64,000 bases of DNA from Lachnospiraceae bacterium (GCA_017478245.1 JAFVDW010000009.1:970-64969), one strand, 5' to 3'. Numbered from the stretch's first letter, positions 1 through 10,372 are shown. Numbers and translations: made by a program. The notes: a model not told the origin generated them from the sequence alone.

Positions 1-251
1 ATATTCCAGGGATACTTTTCCTCCAGCAGCTTGATTGCTTTCTCCTCGCTCAATCTGCTGACATCCTCTCCATCGATAATGATGGTGACATTTCTTGGAA
101 TCTGTACTGTCTGCACGGAACGACCTGTTGCATAAACAGCTCCTCCGATGACCAACACCAACAGAACGCTCACCATAAGAGCTGCTGCACGATTTCGGTT
201 TTTCTTCTTGTTACTTTGCTTCCTTGCTTTCGCATTCTTACTCTGTGCCAT
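1..251 (-). CDS. Partial (runs off window) membrane-anchored cell-envelope protein, N-terminus of VanW/L,D-transpeptidase type
   Basis: ATG at 251 reads MAQSKNAKARKQSNKKKNRNRAAALMVSVLLVLVIGGAVYATG...VTIIIDGEDVSRLSEEKA: basic N-tail, one TM helix, PG-binding-like 'IDGEDVS' segment; not in ORF track because it is truncated by the window edge. Confidence 0.55.
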   Translation of the reverse strand, partial: MAQSKNAKARKQSNKKKNRNRAAALMVSVLLVLVIGGAVYATGRSVQTVQIPRNVTIIIDGEDVSRLSEEKAIKLLEEKYPWN

Positions 252-284
252 ATTTCCTCACATTCTCTATTACTTTCTAGGCGT

Positions 285-779
285 TTACGCTTTCCACCGT
301 AGCCTGTGTAATTCACCCGCAAGCTGCATCTCATGAAAGGATTGTTGTCTGAGTGCCTCATAAAGTACAATCGCCACTGCATTGGATAGATTCAAGGAAC
401 GAATGGCAGGCAGCATGGGAATTCGGATACATGTCTCTTCATAATCCACAAGTATCTCCTCCGGAATGCCTGCACTTTCCTTACCGAACATAATGAAATC
501 GTCCGCTCCAAAATGGACATCCGTATATATATGCTTTGCTTTCGTGGTCGCCATCCAAATCTTAGCACCCGGATGACGCTCCTTGAATTCATCAAAGTTC
601 ATATATCTGGTCACATCCAGATGCTCCCAGTAATCCATACCGGCTCGCTTGATCTCCTTTTCATTCAGGCGAAAGCCCAAGGGCTCAATCAAATGCAGCG
701 ATGTCCCCGTCGCCACACAGGTTCTTCCTATATTGCCGGTATTTGCCGGAATCTCCGGCTGATGTAATACAATGTGCAT
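285..779 (-). CDS. trmL: tRNA (cytidine/uridine-2'-O)-methyltransferase TrmL (SpoU family)
   Basis: HIVLHQPEIPANTGNIGRTC, FGKESAGIP, RSLNLSNAVAIVLYEALRQ SPOUT motifs; start moved to ATG 779 behind GAGGT RBS. Confidence 0.92.
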   Translation of the reverse strand: MHIVLHQPEIPANTGNIGRTCVATGTSLHLIEPLGFRLNEKEIKRAGMDYWEHLDVTRYMNFDEFKERHPGAKIWMATTKAKHIYTDVHFGADDFIMFGKESAGIPEEILVDYEETCIRIPMLPAIRSLNLSNAVAIVLYEALRQQSFHEMQLAGELHRLRWKA

Positions 780-861
780 AACTGACCTCATTCTTGACAT
801 GCCGTCACTTGACAACATCGCCATCTTATTTCTTCGGCACAAATCTCCTAATTCTTTAGCC

Positions 862-2040
862 CTATTTTGCGCCCTGCTCTGCCCTGAGCTTATTCACAAA
901 GTGCTCCAGTCTTCCCATGGCAAGCTTGAGTTTATCCAACGAATAAGCATAGGAAATTCGTAAGAACCCTTCCCCGCTGTCGCCAAAAGCCGTTCCGGGC
1001 ACGGCAGCCACCTTCTCCTCCTCCAGGAATCTGGTGGCAAACTCATCACTGGTCATGCCAAATTCCTTGATACAGGGAAATACATAAAAGGCTCCAAAAG
1101 GCTCAAAACACTCCAGCCCCATCTCCTTGAACGCATTTAACAGGAATCTTCTTCTCTGATTGTAGGAGGTTCTCATCTCTGCCACATCCGCATCCCCATT
1201 TTTCAATGCCTCTACTGCAGCATACTGGCTGGTGGTGGGTGCGCACATGATGGCAAACTGATGAATCTTGGTCATCTGCTCAATGATGATTCTGGGACCG
1301 CATGCGTAGCCCAGACGCCATCCGGTCATAGCGTATGCCTTGGAAAACCCATTAATGACAATAGTGCGCTCCTGCATGTCGGGCAGACTGGCAATGGATA
1401 CATGCTCGCCCTTGTAGGTCAGCTCGGAATAGATTTCGTCTGACATTACAATAATGTCATGTTTTTTCACTACTTCTGCGATTGCTTCCAAGTCCTCACG
1501 TTCCATAATGGCTCCGGTGGGATTGTTCGGAAACGGCAGAATCAATACCTTTGTTTTGTCCGTGATGGCGTTCTCCAGCTCCTCTGCGGTCAGACGGAAT
1601 TCATTTTCTGCCTTCAAGTCAATGATGACGGGAGTTGCTCCCGCCAGAATCGCACATGGCTCATAGGACACATAGCTGGGCTGTGGAATCAGCACCTCAT
1701 CTCCGGGATTACACATGGCACGCAAACCAATATCGATTGCCTCTGAACCGCCTACGGTGATAATGACCTCTTTCGCCCAATCATACTGTATGCCTTGTTT
1801 TCTTTTCATATAATTACAAATCTCTGTGCGAAGCTCCTTAAGACCGGAATTGGAGGTATAAAAGGTTCTTCCTCTCTCCAGTGAATAGATACCCTCGTCA
1901 CGAATATGCCAGGGGGTATCAAAATCCGGCTCGCCCACACCAAGTGAGATTGCATCCTGCATCTCACTGACAATATCAAAAAATTTACGAATACCGGATG
2001 GTTTTAATTCTACTACCTTGTCTGCTAATGGATTTCTCAT
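862..2040 (-). CDS. Class I/II PLP-dependent aminotransferase (YugH/AlaT-like)
   Basis: SLGVGEPDFDTP, PNNPTG, SDEIY, NGFSKAYAMTGWRLG (PLP lysine). Confidence 0.92.
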   Translation of the reverse strand: MRNPLADKVVELKPSGIRKFFDIVSEMQDAISLGVGEPDFDTPWHIRDEGIYSLERGRTFYTSNSGLKELRTEICNYMKRKQGIQYDWAKEVIITVGGSEAIDIGLRAMCNPGDEVLIPQPSYVSYEPCAILAGATPVIIDLKAENEFRLTAEELENAITDKTKVLILPFPNNPTGAIMEREDLEAIAEVVKKHDIIVMSDEIYSELTYKGEHVSIASLPDMQERTIVINGFSKAYAMTGWRLGYACGPRIIIEQMTKIHQFAIMCAPTTSQYAAVEALKNGDADVAEMRTSYNQRRRFLLNAFKEMGLECFEPFGAFYVFPCIKEFGMTSDEFATRFLEEEKVAAVPGTAFGDSGEGFLRISYAYSLDKLKLAMGRLEHFVNKLRAEQGAK

Positions 2041-2519
2041 GGTGTGATCATCTCTCTTTCGTCCTCAGATTTCTGGCTAAAAACAGTGCCGTGATCCTTA
2101 TATTTCTTCAGGATAAAATGGGTCGCCGTACTGTTCACGGTCTCCAAAGTAGAAAGCTTATCTGTCACAAACATGGATACCTCGCGCAGCGTCTTGCCAT
2201 CCAAAATCACCATCAGGTCATATCCGCCTGCCATCAAGTACACACTACGCACTTCAGGATATTTATAAATGCGCTCTGCAATCTTGTCAAAGCCCTGACC
2301 TCTCTGGGGTGTCACACGCACCTCAATCAATGCTGTCACCTTGTCAATGGAGGTCTTTTCCCAGTTGACCAATGTGTGATATCCACAGATCACACCCTCT
2401 GCCTCCAGAGCTGCCAGTTCATTTACCACATCAATCTCTTCCACACCTAAGATAACAGCCAGTTCTTTTAAGTCTATACGGCTGTTTTTCTCGATTACTG
2501 CCAACAATTCTTCTCTCAT
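2037..2519 (-). CDS. Lrp/AsnC family transcriptional regulator
   Basis: N-terminal HTH, VRSVYLMAGGYDLMV RAM domain; 4-bp overlap with the aminotransferase. Confidence 0.9.
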   Translation of the reverse strand: MREELLAVIEKNSRIDLKELAVILGVEEIDVVNELAALEAEGVICGYHTLVNWEKTSIDKVTALIEVRVTPQRGQGFDKIAERIYKYPEVRSVYLMAGGYDLMVILDGKTLREVSMFVTDKLSTLETVNSTATHFILKKYKDHGTVFSQKSEDEREMITP

Positions 2520-2574
2520 CGTTTAACCCTTCCTTTCGAGATTTACTGATTTCATATTTATGATTTCTTATGTA

Positions 2575-3621
2575 TCAATATCCATAGATTGCATCCTGTT
2601 TCGGTCGATCCATATATCTTACTTCGTCCTCGTTCAGTATCAGTCTATCGTTACTGTCGGTCATTTTTCCCACCACGACTGCAGGAAGTCCCTCCGCCTG
2701 CAGTGCCGCCGCCAGACTCGCTCCGTCTTCGGTGGTCATAATCAGACATCCTCCCGATAATAGTTCATAGGGATTCGCATTTAAAACCTCACATACCTCC
2801 ACGGTCTCCTGACGGATAGGCAGCTTTTTCAAATCTATAGTCAGTCCAACGCCTGCTCCCTCTGCCAACTCCCAGAGGGCTGCAAATATGCCTCCTTCCG
2901 AAGCATCATGCATCGCACACACGCCGGACTTCACCGCTGCTGCCGCCTCCGGCACAATGGACAGATACCGGTCAAAGTCTATGGCTTCCTCCACCAGATA
3001 CGCCGGATACCGTGCCAATAATTTTTCTCTTCCCCTGCGGGCAAGCATAGCGGTTCCCTCCAAACCAATCCACTTGCTGAGCACAATATCCTGCCCCGGT
3101 CTGGCGGTCTTAAAAACGCCATAAGTCTTCTTACTTAGTTTACCATAGCCTGTGACGACTGCAAAGGGTAGATTTACGGATTTTGTCACTCTGGTCTGTC
3201 CCCCTGCAATCTGTATAGACAGTCTCTCGCAGACCTCATCCGCCTCTGCCATCAATGCCTTCAGTTCGGTCTCCTCCGTCTCTTGGGGCAAAAGGAGGGT
3301 AATCATCACTGCCAGGGGCTCTGCCCCGCTTATCACCATGTTATTAACGCATTTTTGAATAAGGTGTGCCATGGTTCTCACCGGTTCGCCGAAAGTGCCT
3401 GCGCTAGCGAAAGAGACATTTTTCTGCTCCGTACATATTTTATCCCGTACGCTGACAGCAGACTCCTGCATGCAGCTCACCATGTCAGGGATATGGGTAT
3501 CTGTCAACGCAAAGATAGCGCAGTCTGCCCCTGCGCTATCCTTTATCTCATCTCGTCTGGTATGAATTTGCTTCCACACGGAACGTTTTAACACGTTGCC
3601 TGATACCTTGCCAAGTTTCAT
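2575..3621 (-). CDS. AIR synthase-related protein (PurM/HypE/ThiL superfamily)
   Basis: MKLGKV..., ADCAIF, NNMVISGAEP, IAGGQT, AMHDASEGGIFAALWE motifs. Confidence 0.8.
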   Translation of the reverse strand: MKLGKVSGNVLKRSVWKQIHTRRDEIKDSAGADCAIFALTDTHIPDMVSCMQESAVSVRDKICTEQKNVSFASAGTFGEPVRTMAHLIQKCVNNMVISGAEPLAVMITLLLPQETEETELKALMAEADEVCERLSIQIAGGQTRVTKSVNLPFAVVTGYGKLSKKTYGVFKTARPGQDIVLSKWIGLEGTAMLARRGREKLLARYPAYLVEEAIDFDRYLSIVPEAAAAVKSGVCAMHDASEGGIFAALWELAEGAGVGLTIDLKKLPIRQETVEVCEVLNANPYELLSGGCLIMTTEDGASLAAALQAEGLPAVVVGKMTDSNDRLILNEDEVRYMDRPKQDAIYGY

Positions 3622-3641
3622 CACTGCCTCTACCTTTTGCT

Positions 3642-5105
3642 TTACTCTTCACCCACCTCAGGGGTCTCCGCCGGCTGGGAGATCAATGCGTTCATCACAT
3701 TCCGCACATGATCCAGATTGCCGGTACCGATGGCTGCCATTATCTCCTCATATGCCTGAGGATTGTCAGTCGCAACTCCTACCGTCGCACTTCTGGGAAC
3801 CATTTTATAGCTGCTGCTGTTGACCTCTGTACGGCTCACTTCCACGCCGTTCTCCGTCACAACCTTCCACAATTTGGCTTTGTACCCCACATGCGCACTG
3901 TCCGAAGCGATATATCCGATTGCATGGGAGCTGTCCGCATAAATCGCATCTGCCTGTGGCTTATTTACTTCCAAAACCTCACTGACATAGCTGACCTTGT
4001 GACCGGCATCCCGCGTCTCTTTTCCATATATATTAAACGTGATTTTTCTGTCTGCAGTGTATCCTTCTATGTAAATCGGATAATCCAAATTGTTCACAAA
4101 CTTAAAATCCTTACCTGAGCTCTCCGCAATGGCAGCGTCTGCGGAAGGATCTACATAAGAGACAATCATGGAATGATTATGTCTCTCTGTTACCTCCAGC
4201 TCGGAGCGAAGCACTGCATTGTAAAGTGTGGTGGATACCTGACAGATACCGCCTCCCAAGCTATCCACAACCTTACCGTTCAAATAGGAACCTGCCATGT
4301 AATAACCGTTCGCCTGTGAAAAGGGTGATACAGTTGCATAAGTGGAAAATTCTTCTCCGGGATACACCGTGGTTCCGTTAATCAGTCTGCATCCATTCTC
4401 CACATTGGCTCTTCTGGAAGAACCGGAGGAGGAATAAGATGTGGTAAAGCTTCCCAAAAGATCCTTTACCTCCTCTAACTCTCCGGCACTCCCCTTTGGC
4501 TCATCCACAATAATATCCAGAGCAATACTGCCGTCCTGCCCATTCCACTCATTTGCCAGATAATCGTTGAGCTTATCTGCTGACGCTGCAACATCCAATA
4601 CATATCCCGGCTGACCGCCCACAATCTGGAATGCCCCGTTCTCTCTCTTCAAAGATGCACTGACCGCTTTTTGGTCATATTTCGCACATTCATTGACAAG
4701 AATGTCATTGATTGCCTGTTGATCGAAGGAAAACTCCAAATCATAAATTTTGTTTTCATGCTCCAAATCCTTCTGCAATTTGTAGCGTTGAATGACATTG
4801 CCCTCTGTACCCAGCTTCGCCGCTTCTGCTACGATATCGCGGTTCTTCCAGGTGATTCCCAACTCACCGACTGTAACAGGAACCTCGTTGTCGTCCGCTG
4901 CAAGCAGTGTGATTGTCGTTCCCTTCAGCTCCTCCACATAGGACTCAATCGCCGCTGTCGCCTGTGCCGCTGTTTTGCCGGACAAATCCAGTGTCTCGGC
5001 GTAGACACCATTTTTAATCGTGTCTTCCTCCTTTGCCTGCACCGTGAATCCGCATATCAGCAGCATCACTGCAAGCAGCACTCCGAATTTCACATTTTTT
5101 TTCAT
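3642..5105 (-). CDS. VanW family cell-envelope protein (PG-binding, VanW and G5 domains)
   Basis: Signal peptide; GGGICQVSTTLYNA, ERHNHS, DAAIA...DFKFVN VanW motifs; start ATG 5105 behind GGAGG. Confidence 0.88.
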   Translation of the reverse strand: MKKNVKFGVLLAVMLLICGFTVQAKEEDTIKNGVYAETLDLSGKTAAQATAAIESYVEELKGTTITLLAADDNEVPVTVGELGITWKNRDIVAEAAKLGTEGNVIQRYKLQKDLEHENKIYDLEFSFDQQAINDILVNECAKYDQKAVSASLKRENGAFQIVGGQPGYVLDVAASADKLNDYLANEWNGQDGSIALDIIVDEPKGSAGELEEVKDLLGSFTTSYSSSGSSRRANVENGCRLINGTTVYPGEEFSTYATVSPFSQANGYYMAGSYLNGKVVDSLGGGICQVSTTLYNAVLRSELEVTERHNHSMIVSYVDPSADAAIAESSGKDFKFVNNLDYPIYIEGYTADRKITFNIYGKETRDAGHKVSYVSEVLEVNKPQADAIYADSSHAIGYIASDSAHVGYKAKLWKVVTENGVEVSRTEVNSSSYKMVPRSATVGVATDNPQAYEEIMAAIGTGNLDHVRNVMNALISQPAETPEVGEE

Positions 5106-5163
5106 AATATGCCTCCATGAAAACCATTGTAACAGTTCAGCCATGTACCCGCCGCACATTGAA

Positions 5164-5271
5164 TTAAACAAAGAAATATGATAAAGTGGGTATAATCATG
5201 GCAAGTACCACAACAATTATAATGATAGCAGATAAGCGCTTTCTGTTCTTTTTATTATTGAAATTAAACAT
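5164..5271 (-). CDS. 35-aa single-TM small protein (DUF4044-like)
   Basis: MFNFNNKKNRKRLSAIIIIVVVLAMIIPTLSYFFV; strong RBS GGAGGAG 4-5 nt upstream of ATG 5271; basic N-terminus plus hydrophobic helix. Confidence 0.7.
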   Translation of the reverse strand: MFNFNNKKNRKRLSAIIIIVVVLAMIIPTLSYFFV

Positions 5272-5311
5272 TGTACTCCTCCATGTCGTAAACTCTGAAA
5301 GGATATTATAT

Positions 5312-5920
5312 ATGAAATTACCGTTTTTGGCAAGTTTTATTATATTTATACTTGTTTTGGCGAGACGCATCAAACGCCAGGACCGCTTAAGTGAAAAGGA
5401 AAATCGCTCTTTTTGGGAGCGGGAAGCACGGGCAAACGCCACCCGGCGAAAACCCCTGGATGATCTGGAATACATCACAATCCCCTGGGATGCTCTGCCC
5501 ACGGAAGTCATGCAGGACGATGCGACTGTAGCAGAATGCCAGCGACTGCTGCGAGAGCTTTCCGAACAAAGAATCGTGAACTTCACCGGCTTTACCAACA
5601 CGGATCTGAAACTGGAATACGGAGCGCCCAATATCACCTTACTCACCGAATACGATCAGAATTATACGGTTTTGGTGCGCACACTCCAACAGTGGGCAGA
5701 TGTTTTATGGGATGGCGGCTATGAAGCCGAGGCTTCCATCATCATGGAATTTGCCATCAGCACCCATACTGACGTGAGTCGAACCTACTACAAGCTGGCG
5801 CAATATTGGGCTTCCCATGGTGAAAGCATGCAGATAGAGCGCCTGCTTGCCACAGCAGAAACATTGCGCTCCGCCAATAAAGCTTCTATTATCCGCACAC
5901 TGAAGGACAACTACCAATAA
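5312..5920 (+). CDS. Conserved hypothetical membrane-anchored protein
   Basis: GAAAGGA RBS then ATG 5312, N-terminal hydrophobic segment, helical C-terminus; no family recognised. Confidence 0.7.
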   Translation: MKLPFLASFIIFILVLARRIKRQDRLSEKENRSFWEREARANATRRKPLDDLEYITIPWDALPTEVMQDDATVAECQRLLRELSEQRIVNFTGFTNTDLKLEYGAPNITLLTEYDQNYTVLVRTLQQWADVLWDGGYEAEASIIMEFAISTHTDVSRTYYKLAQYWASHGESMQIERLLATAETLRSANKASIIRTLKDNYQ

Positions 5921-5933
5921 GTTAACCTTCGTG

Positions 5934-6638
5934 TTATCTCCCATATGTTGCCAAAAGCTTATCCGTCATCCGACTGGCTTCACTGCGGGTAAGCTTTTCC
6001 ACATCTAAATCTAAGGTTATATTATGCTGTGACAACAGCCGATATAACCTTTCCTTTTGCGGTTTGGTCGCCGGAGTATCCCGTTTCGCGGCATAATGCA
6101 GAGGGGCGGGAAGAAATAATGCTGCCTCCTCATCTTTATAAAAAAGCTCTGCCAATTTCTGATACAATTTATGCGTTGCCTCCGCATCCTGAAACGCCCT
6201 ATGCGCCTGATGCGGAATCTGATAATATGTGCAAAGATAGGGCAGGTTCTTATGTTCCAGTTCGGGAAGATATCTGCGGGCAATCCGTAAAGTGTCCACA
6301 CCGCTTTTTTCAAAGCTGCGCTTATAATCCACTGCAGCTTTCTTCAAAAAAGAGTAATCAAAAAGAATCCTGTGTCCTAACAAGGGAAAATCCCCCAGAA
6401 AATCAAAAAGAGAATCTAATATTTCTTCTATATAAGGAGCATCACTCAACTGCGTATCCCGAATACCTGTCAGCTCCACGATGCGCTCCTCCAGCTTACG
6501 TCCCGGATTAACAAAGCTGCTGAAGGTATCTGTCTCGTGTCCATCTACCACCTTGAGCGCACCGATTTCTATAATTTTATCATGCTTTGGAGCAAGTCCC
6601 GTAGTCTCCAGATCCAGAGCAACATATGTATTTAGCAT
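5934..6638 (-). CDS. DEDDh 3'-5' exonuclease (DnaQ/PolC epsilon-like)
   Basis: VALDLETTG, GHRILFDYSFL, HRAFQDA Exo I-III motifs. Confidence 0.9.
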   Translation of the reverse strand: MLNTYVALDLETTGLAPKHDKIIEIGALKVVDGHETDTFSSFVNPGRKLEERIVELTGIRDTQLSDAPYIEEILDSLFDFLGDFPLLGHRILFDYSFLKKAAVDYKRSFEKSGVDTLRIARRYLPELEHKNLPYLCTYYQIPHQAHRAFQDAEATHKLYQKLAELFYKDEEAALFLPAPLHYAAKRDTPATKPQKERLYRLLSQHNITLDLDVEKLTRSEASRMTDKLLATYGR

Positions 6639-8452
6639 GGGGATTCTCCTTTTTGGGGTCTTATAATTTGGGTAGCAGCTTCATGGGTCAGGGGGCTGCG
6701 GTTTTGATAGTCGAATAAACAATAAGCAGCCTGCCGCAAATGCTCATGGAAACTCTCATTAAAGTCCTCATTTATCATCCTCTCCACATCCCACACCGGA
6801 TAGTGAAAGGGCTCTAAATGTGTCATTTTGCTAAGCTGCTTCCAATCGTAGCCATCATACACGGGCAGATACTCCCGCGCCGACTCCTCCTTACGGTAAA
6901 AATCACGAATGGTCTCCTTCGTCACCGCGTCCGTCAAGGGAGGCGCGAAATCCGGTCGGCTTTTTACATTTTCCCGCAGATATAAATCAAAGGTAAGCAA
7001 TTCCCGGTAAATGTCACTATGCTTCGGATCATTTCTTTCGGCAAACTCCAGAAGCACATGATAACGGTAAGCCCTCGCCGGACTGTTCTGAAAATACCCC
7101 TGCTCCTCATAAAAAGCAGACAATTCCTCAAACATTACAAAGGGACTTTCAAACATCCGCTCTAAATAGGGTAATGTATGCGTATACTGATTGCTGTTAT
7201 AGTATAGCTCTACCATCTCCTCAACGGCTTTTAGACGAAGCACATCACCAAAGGCAAGCCACGGCGTGTGCAATACCTCGTAGGGAGGCTTGTCCCTGTA
7301 GACAATGGCAAATTCTTCTGCCCTTTCCTGCATCTTAGAACCCTTGAGCACCTTTAAGAATCCCAACTGTAGCTGCTCCGGGTGCATCCCATATACCCGG
7401 TTGAAGGAACGCGCAAAGCTTTGATAATCTTCAAAGGGCAATCCGGCAATCAAATCCAAATGCACATGAATGTTATTGCCCTTGTGGATTGCTCCCACTA
7501 TACGTTCCAGCTTATCCACGTTCATCACTCTGTCGATGGCATGAATGGTCTGCTCATTGGTAGACTGTACGCCAATCTCCAACTGCGCCAGTCCGGGGCG
7601 GAACTGTTGCAGCAGCGCAATCTCATCCTCCCTTAAGATATCTGCGGAAATCTCAAAGTGAAAGTTGGTGACACCATTGTCATGTTCGTGTATATACTGC
7701 CAGATTGCCATGGCGTGCTCATGATTACAATTAAAGGTTCTATCAATAAACTTCACCTGCGTTACATTGTTGTCCAGAAAAAATTGCAATTCTTTTTTTA
7801 CGACACGAATGTCACGCAATCGTACACTTTTATCACTGGAGGACAAGCAATAGCTGCACCTGTACGGACAGCCCCTGCTTGTCTCATAATAGATAATACG
7901 GTTGGTAAACAGCTCCAAGTCATCATACAAAAAGGGCAGCGTGCTCATATCTGTAAGCGGACGGATGGGCGTATACCCATCATGAAGGCACAAGCCGGCA
8001 ATGCTATGCAATGCTTCCTTGTCATCCGCCGCCTCACATCCGCAATGTGAATCCTTCTCCTGCTGCACATAATAGCGCATAAGCTCCCGGAAGGTTTCCT
8101 CACCCTCTCCAACCATAATTCCTTTTAACAGGGGATATTTTTTCAAAACCTCTTCTGCGTCGTAAGTAACCTCCGGACCACCCAGCCAGATATCCACATC
8201 GGGCAAAATCTTGGGCAGCTCTACAATGATATCCTGTATCATATTCCAATTCCAGATATAACAGGAAAACCCAATCACCGTAGGCTTTCTGCGGTAAATA
8301 TCCGCGAGAATATCCTGTAATTGCTGATTGATGGTATATTCTGCAAGATCCACAAACGGACGCAGCTCCAACCCTGCATAAGCCCGCAGACTGTAGATTG
8401 CGGGGTTGGAATGAATATATTTTGCATTCAGTGCCGTCAATAAAAATTTCAT
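6632..8452 (-). CDS. B12-binding radical SAM protein (DUF4080-type C-terminus)
   Basis: IGFSCYIWN, WLGGPEVT cobalamin-binding domain; SRGCPYRCSYC CxxxCxxC; HLDLIAGLP. Confidence 0.88.
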   Translation of the reverse strand: MKFLLTALNAKYIHSNPAIYSLRAYAGLELRPFVDLAEYTINQQLQDILADIYRRKPTVIGFSCYIWNWNMIQDIIVELPKILPDVDIWLGGPEVTYDAEEVLKKYPLLKGIMVGEGEETFRELMRYYVQQEKDSHCGCEAADDKEALHSIAGLCLHDGYTPIRPLTDMSTLPFLYDDLELFTNRIIYYETSRGCPYRCSYCLSSSDKSVRLRDIRVVKKELQFFLDNNVTQVKFIDRTFNCNHEHAMAIWQYIHEHDNGVTNFHFEISADILREDEIALLQQFRPGLAQLEIGVQSTNEQTIHAIDRVMNVDKLERIVGAIHKGNNIHVHLDLIAGLPFEDYQSFARSFNRVYGMHPEQLQLGFLKVLKGSKMQERAEEFAIVYRDKPPYEVLHTPWLAFGDVLRLKAVEEMVELYYNSNQYTHTLPYLERMFESPFVMFEELSAFYEEQGYFQNSPARAYRYHVLLEFAERNDPKHSDIYRELLTFDLYLRENVKSRPDFAPPLTDAVTKETIRDFYRKEESAREYLPVYDGYDWKQLSKMTHLEPFHYPVWDVERMINEDFNESFHEHLRQAAYCLFDYQNRSPLTHEAATQIIRPQKGESPC

Positions 8453-8470
8453 GCCAGAACCATTTCTCTC

Positions 8471-9694
8471 TTACTCTCTATTTTCTCCATATACATTTTC
8501 CATCAAATATTTATGGTTTGCCTCAAAATCTACCTCCAGTACCGCCATTCCACGGATATTCGCATCCTTGTATGTTCCTTCCATAGGAATACTGCTTGGT
8601 TCCAAATCATAGGTCAAAAGCTTGCTCGCCACCAAGCTCAGGCGATAACATTCGCTCTTGGTTAAATTGGTAGTCAGATTCGGCATCAGACCATCGATTA
8701 ACCCCTTGGGATTCGTCACTATTGCCCCCGGCAGCTTCTTGATTACAGCAGTGAGTACCTTGCGTTGACGCTCTGTCCGTCCAAAATCCGTTCCAATATA
8801 ACGATTGCGCGTGTAAGCAAGCGCCTGCGCACCATTTAGGTGAATCATGCCGCTGAGAGAGGTATCAAAGTAATCTGTTCCCTCAGGACGTCCCAACAAA
8901 ATGTTGTACTCCCACAGATATCCATTTACCAACACCACCTCATCGTTAGTCAGCTCCAGATCTACACCCTTCACCGCATCTACCAGATTCGCAAATGCCT
9001 CAAAATTAACCAACACATAACGATTTACCTCAATTCCCAGGTTTTGCTCAATGGTCTGCATCAACAGCTCCGCTCCGCCATAAGAATATGCCGCATTGAG
9101 ACGGTTGCCATCGTGTCCCGGAATCTCCACATACATATCCCGCAACAGTGATGTCATATAAATCTTCTTTGTTTTCTTACTGATGGACAACAGAATCATG
9201 GCATCAGAACGTCCATCTTCCCCATTTTCCCGGGAGTCATTACCAATCAACAAAATATTGACTACGCCATCCTCCTGCAGCGATTCCTTTGACACAGACG
9301 GAATCTCCTCATAATTCATCTTGTCATATGCAACTCCTACCAGATAATACAAGCCTGCCGCCAACAGTATCACTATAATCAAAAGTATGATCAGAATACG
9401 CTTAAAACCGGATTTTTTCTTTTTCTCTTTTCTATTTCTTTGATGGGTTTGATTATTTTTATCTCTTCTCTGCTTTTGTCTTCCCGGTCTGTCCTCCGAG
9501 GTCTCAAAGGTCTGGTCGGAGGATTCCCTGTAAGCCTCTCTTGTCCGAGAATTGCGCGTGCCGCTTTGTACCCTCCTGCGCGGTTTTCTGCTGTCCCAGT
9601 CCTCCAGATAGTCATCTGACGACACTCCCTGCTTTCGTCTGCCTGTGGTATTAGAACCAAAATTGATTACGTCAATTTCTTTTTCTTCTCTCAT
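8471..9694 (-). CDS. LCP (LytR-CpsA-Psr) family cell-wall glycopolymer transferase
   Basis: NILLIGND, RSDAMILL, SLLRD, RLNAAY, LAYTRNR, DFGRTERQR; charged N-tail plus TM. Confidence 0.92.
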   Translation of the reverse strand: MREEKEIDVINFGSNTTGRRKQGVSSDDYLEDWDSRKPRRRVQSGTRNSRTREAYRESSDQTFETSEDRPGRQKQRRDKNNQTHQRNRKEKKKKSGFKRILIILLIIVILLAAGLYYLVGVAYDKMNYEEIPSVSKESLQEDGVVNILLIGNDSRENGEDGRSDAMILLSISKKTKKIYMTSLLRDMYVEIPGHDGNRLNAAYSYGGAELLMQTIEQNLGIEVNRYVLVNFEAFANLVDAVKGVDLELTNDEVVLVNGYLWEYNILLGRPEGTDYFDTSLSGMIHLNGAQALAYTRNRYIGTDFGRTERQRKVLTAVIKKLPGAIVTNPKGLIDGLMPNLTTNLTKSECYRLSLVASKLLTYDLEPSSIPMEGTYKDANIRGMAVLEVDFEANHKYLMENVYGENRE

Positions 9695-9963
9695 ATATTT
9701 CTTCAGAACCTTTCTAATAGTTATTTACTGATTATAACGCCAAACAAGCCAAAACACAAATATATTAAGGAAATTTAAACTTCTGTAATTCACGGATAGT
9801 AAATTTATTTTGCTTTTTCTCCAAATATTTATTTGATTCCTAGAATACGCTTCCTTAATATCTGAAATACTATAAAATGAAATTTACAGAACATAAATTG
9901 TGACAACTACAAAGTAGAAAACTATTTGACATTCTTAAAATCAACAGAAAGGAGAGACGTTCC

Positions 9964-10338
9964 ATGAGTATCGGACCGATTCTGATCGCACTGCGCACGG
10001 AAAAGCATATTTATCAGAAAGAACTGGCTGCCTACTTAAATGTGTCCATCGGAACGATCTCCAATTATGAAAAAGAATTACATTATCCGGATCTGGAGAC
10101 ACTGGGCAAGATTGCCGACTTCTATGATGTCAGCACCGATTATTTGTTGGGCAGAACAGAGTGCAGATATAGCCTTGATAAATTAGTTACTCCTTTAGTG
10201 GATACCTATAACTACAATGATCTGTTGGATACGGTATTACAGCTTCCCCAACCCAGCAGACAATCCCTCAAGGATTATCTTGAATATTTATTGTTTAAGG
10301 TTAAGCCTTTACCCAATTCCAATGGCAAGAAAAAATAG
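9964..10338 (+). CDS. XRE family HTH transcriptional regulator
   Basis: LRTEKHIYQKELAAYLNVSIGTISNYE...VSTDYLLGRT; AAAGGAG RBS. Confidence 0.88.
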   Translation: MSIGPILIALRTEKHIYQKELAAYLNVSIGTISNYEKELHYPDLETLGKIADFYDVSTDYLLGRTECRYSLDKLVTPLVDTYNYNDLLDTVLQLPQPSRQSLKDYLEYLLFKVKPLPNSNGKKK

Positions 10339-10363
10339 TGCGTCATCCCGGCGCACTATTTTT
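10331..10363. terminator. Bidirectional intrinsic terminator
   Basis: AAAAATAGTGCG-N9-CGCACTATTTTT perfect 12-bp stem between convergent genes. Confidence 0.8.
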
Positions 10364-10372
10364 TATCCTTTA

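Noticed and set aside
3642-5105. VanW as a vancomycin-resistance gene
   Set aside because: No vanHAX/vanRS nearby; VanW-domain envelope proteins are common in Clostridia.
10343-10352. TCATCCCGGC shared with the element end at 21492-21501
   Set aside because: Only a 10-bp match inside a terminator loop, plausible by chance in 64 kb.
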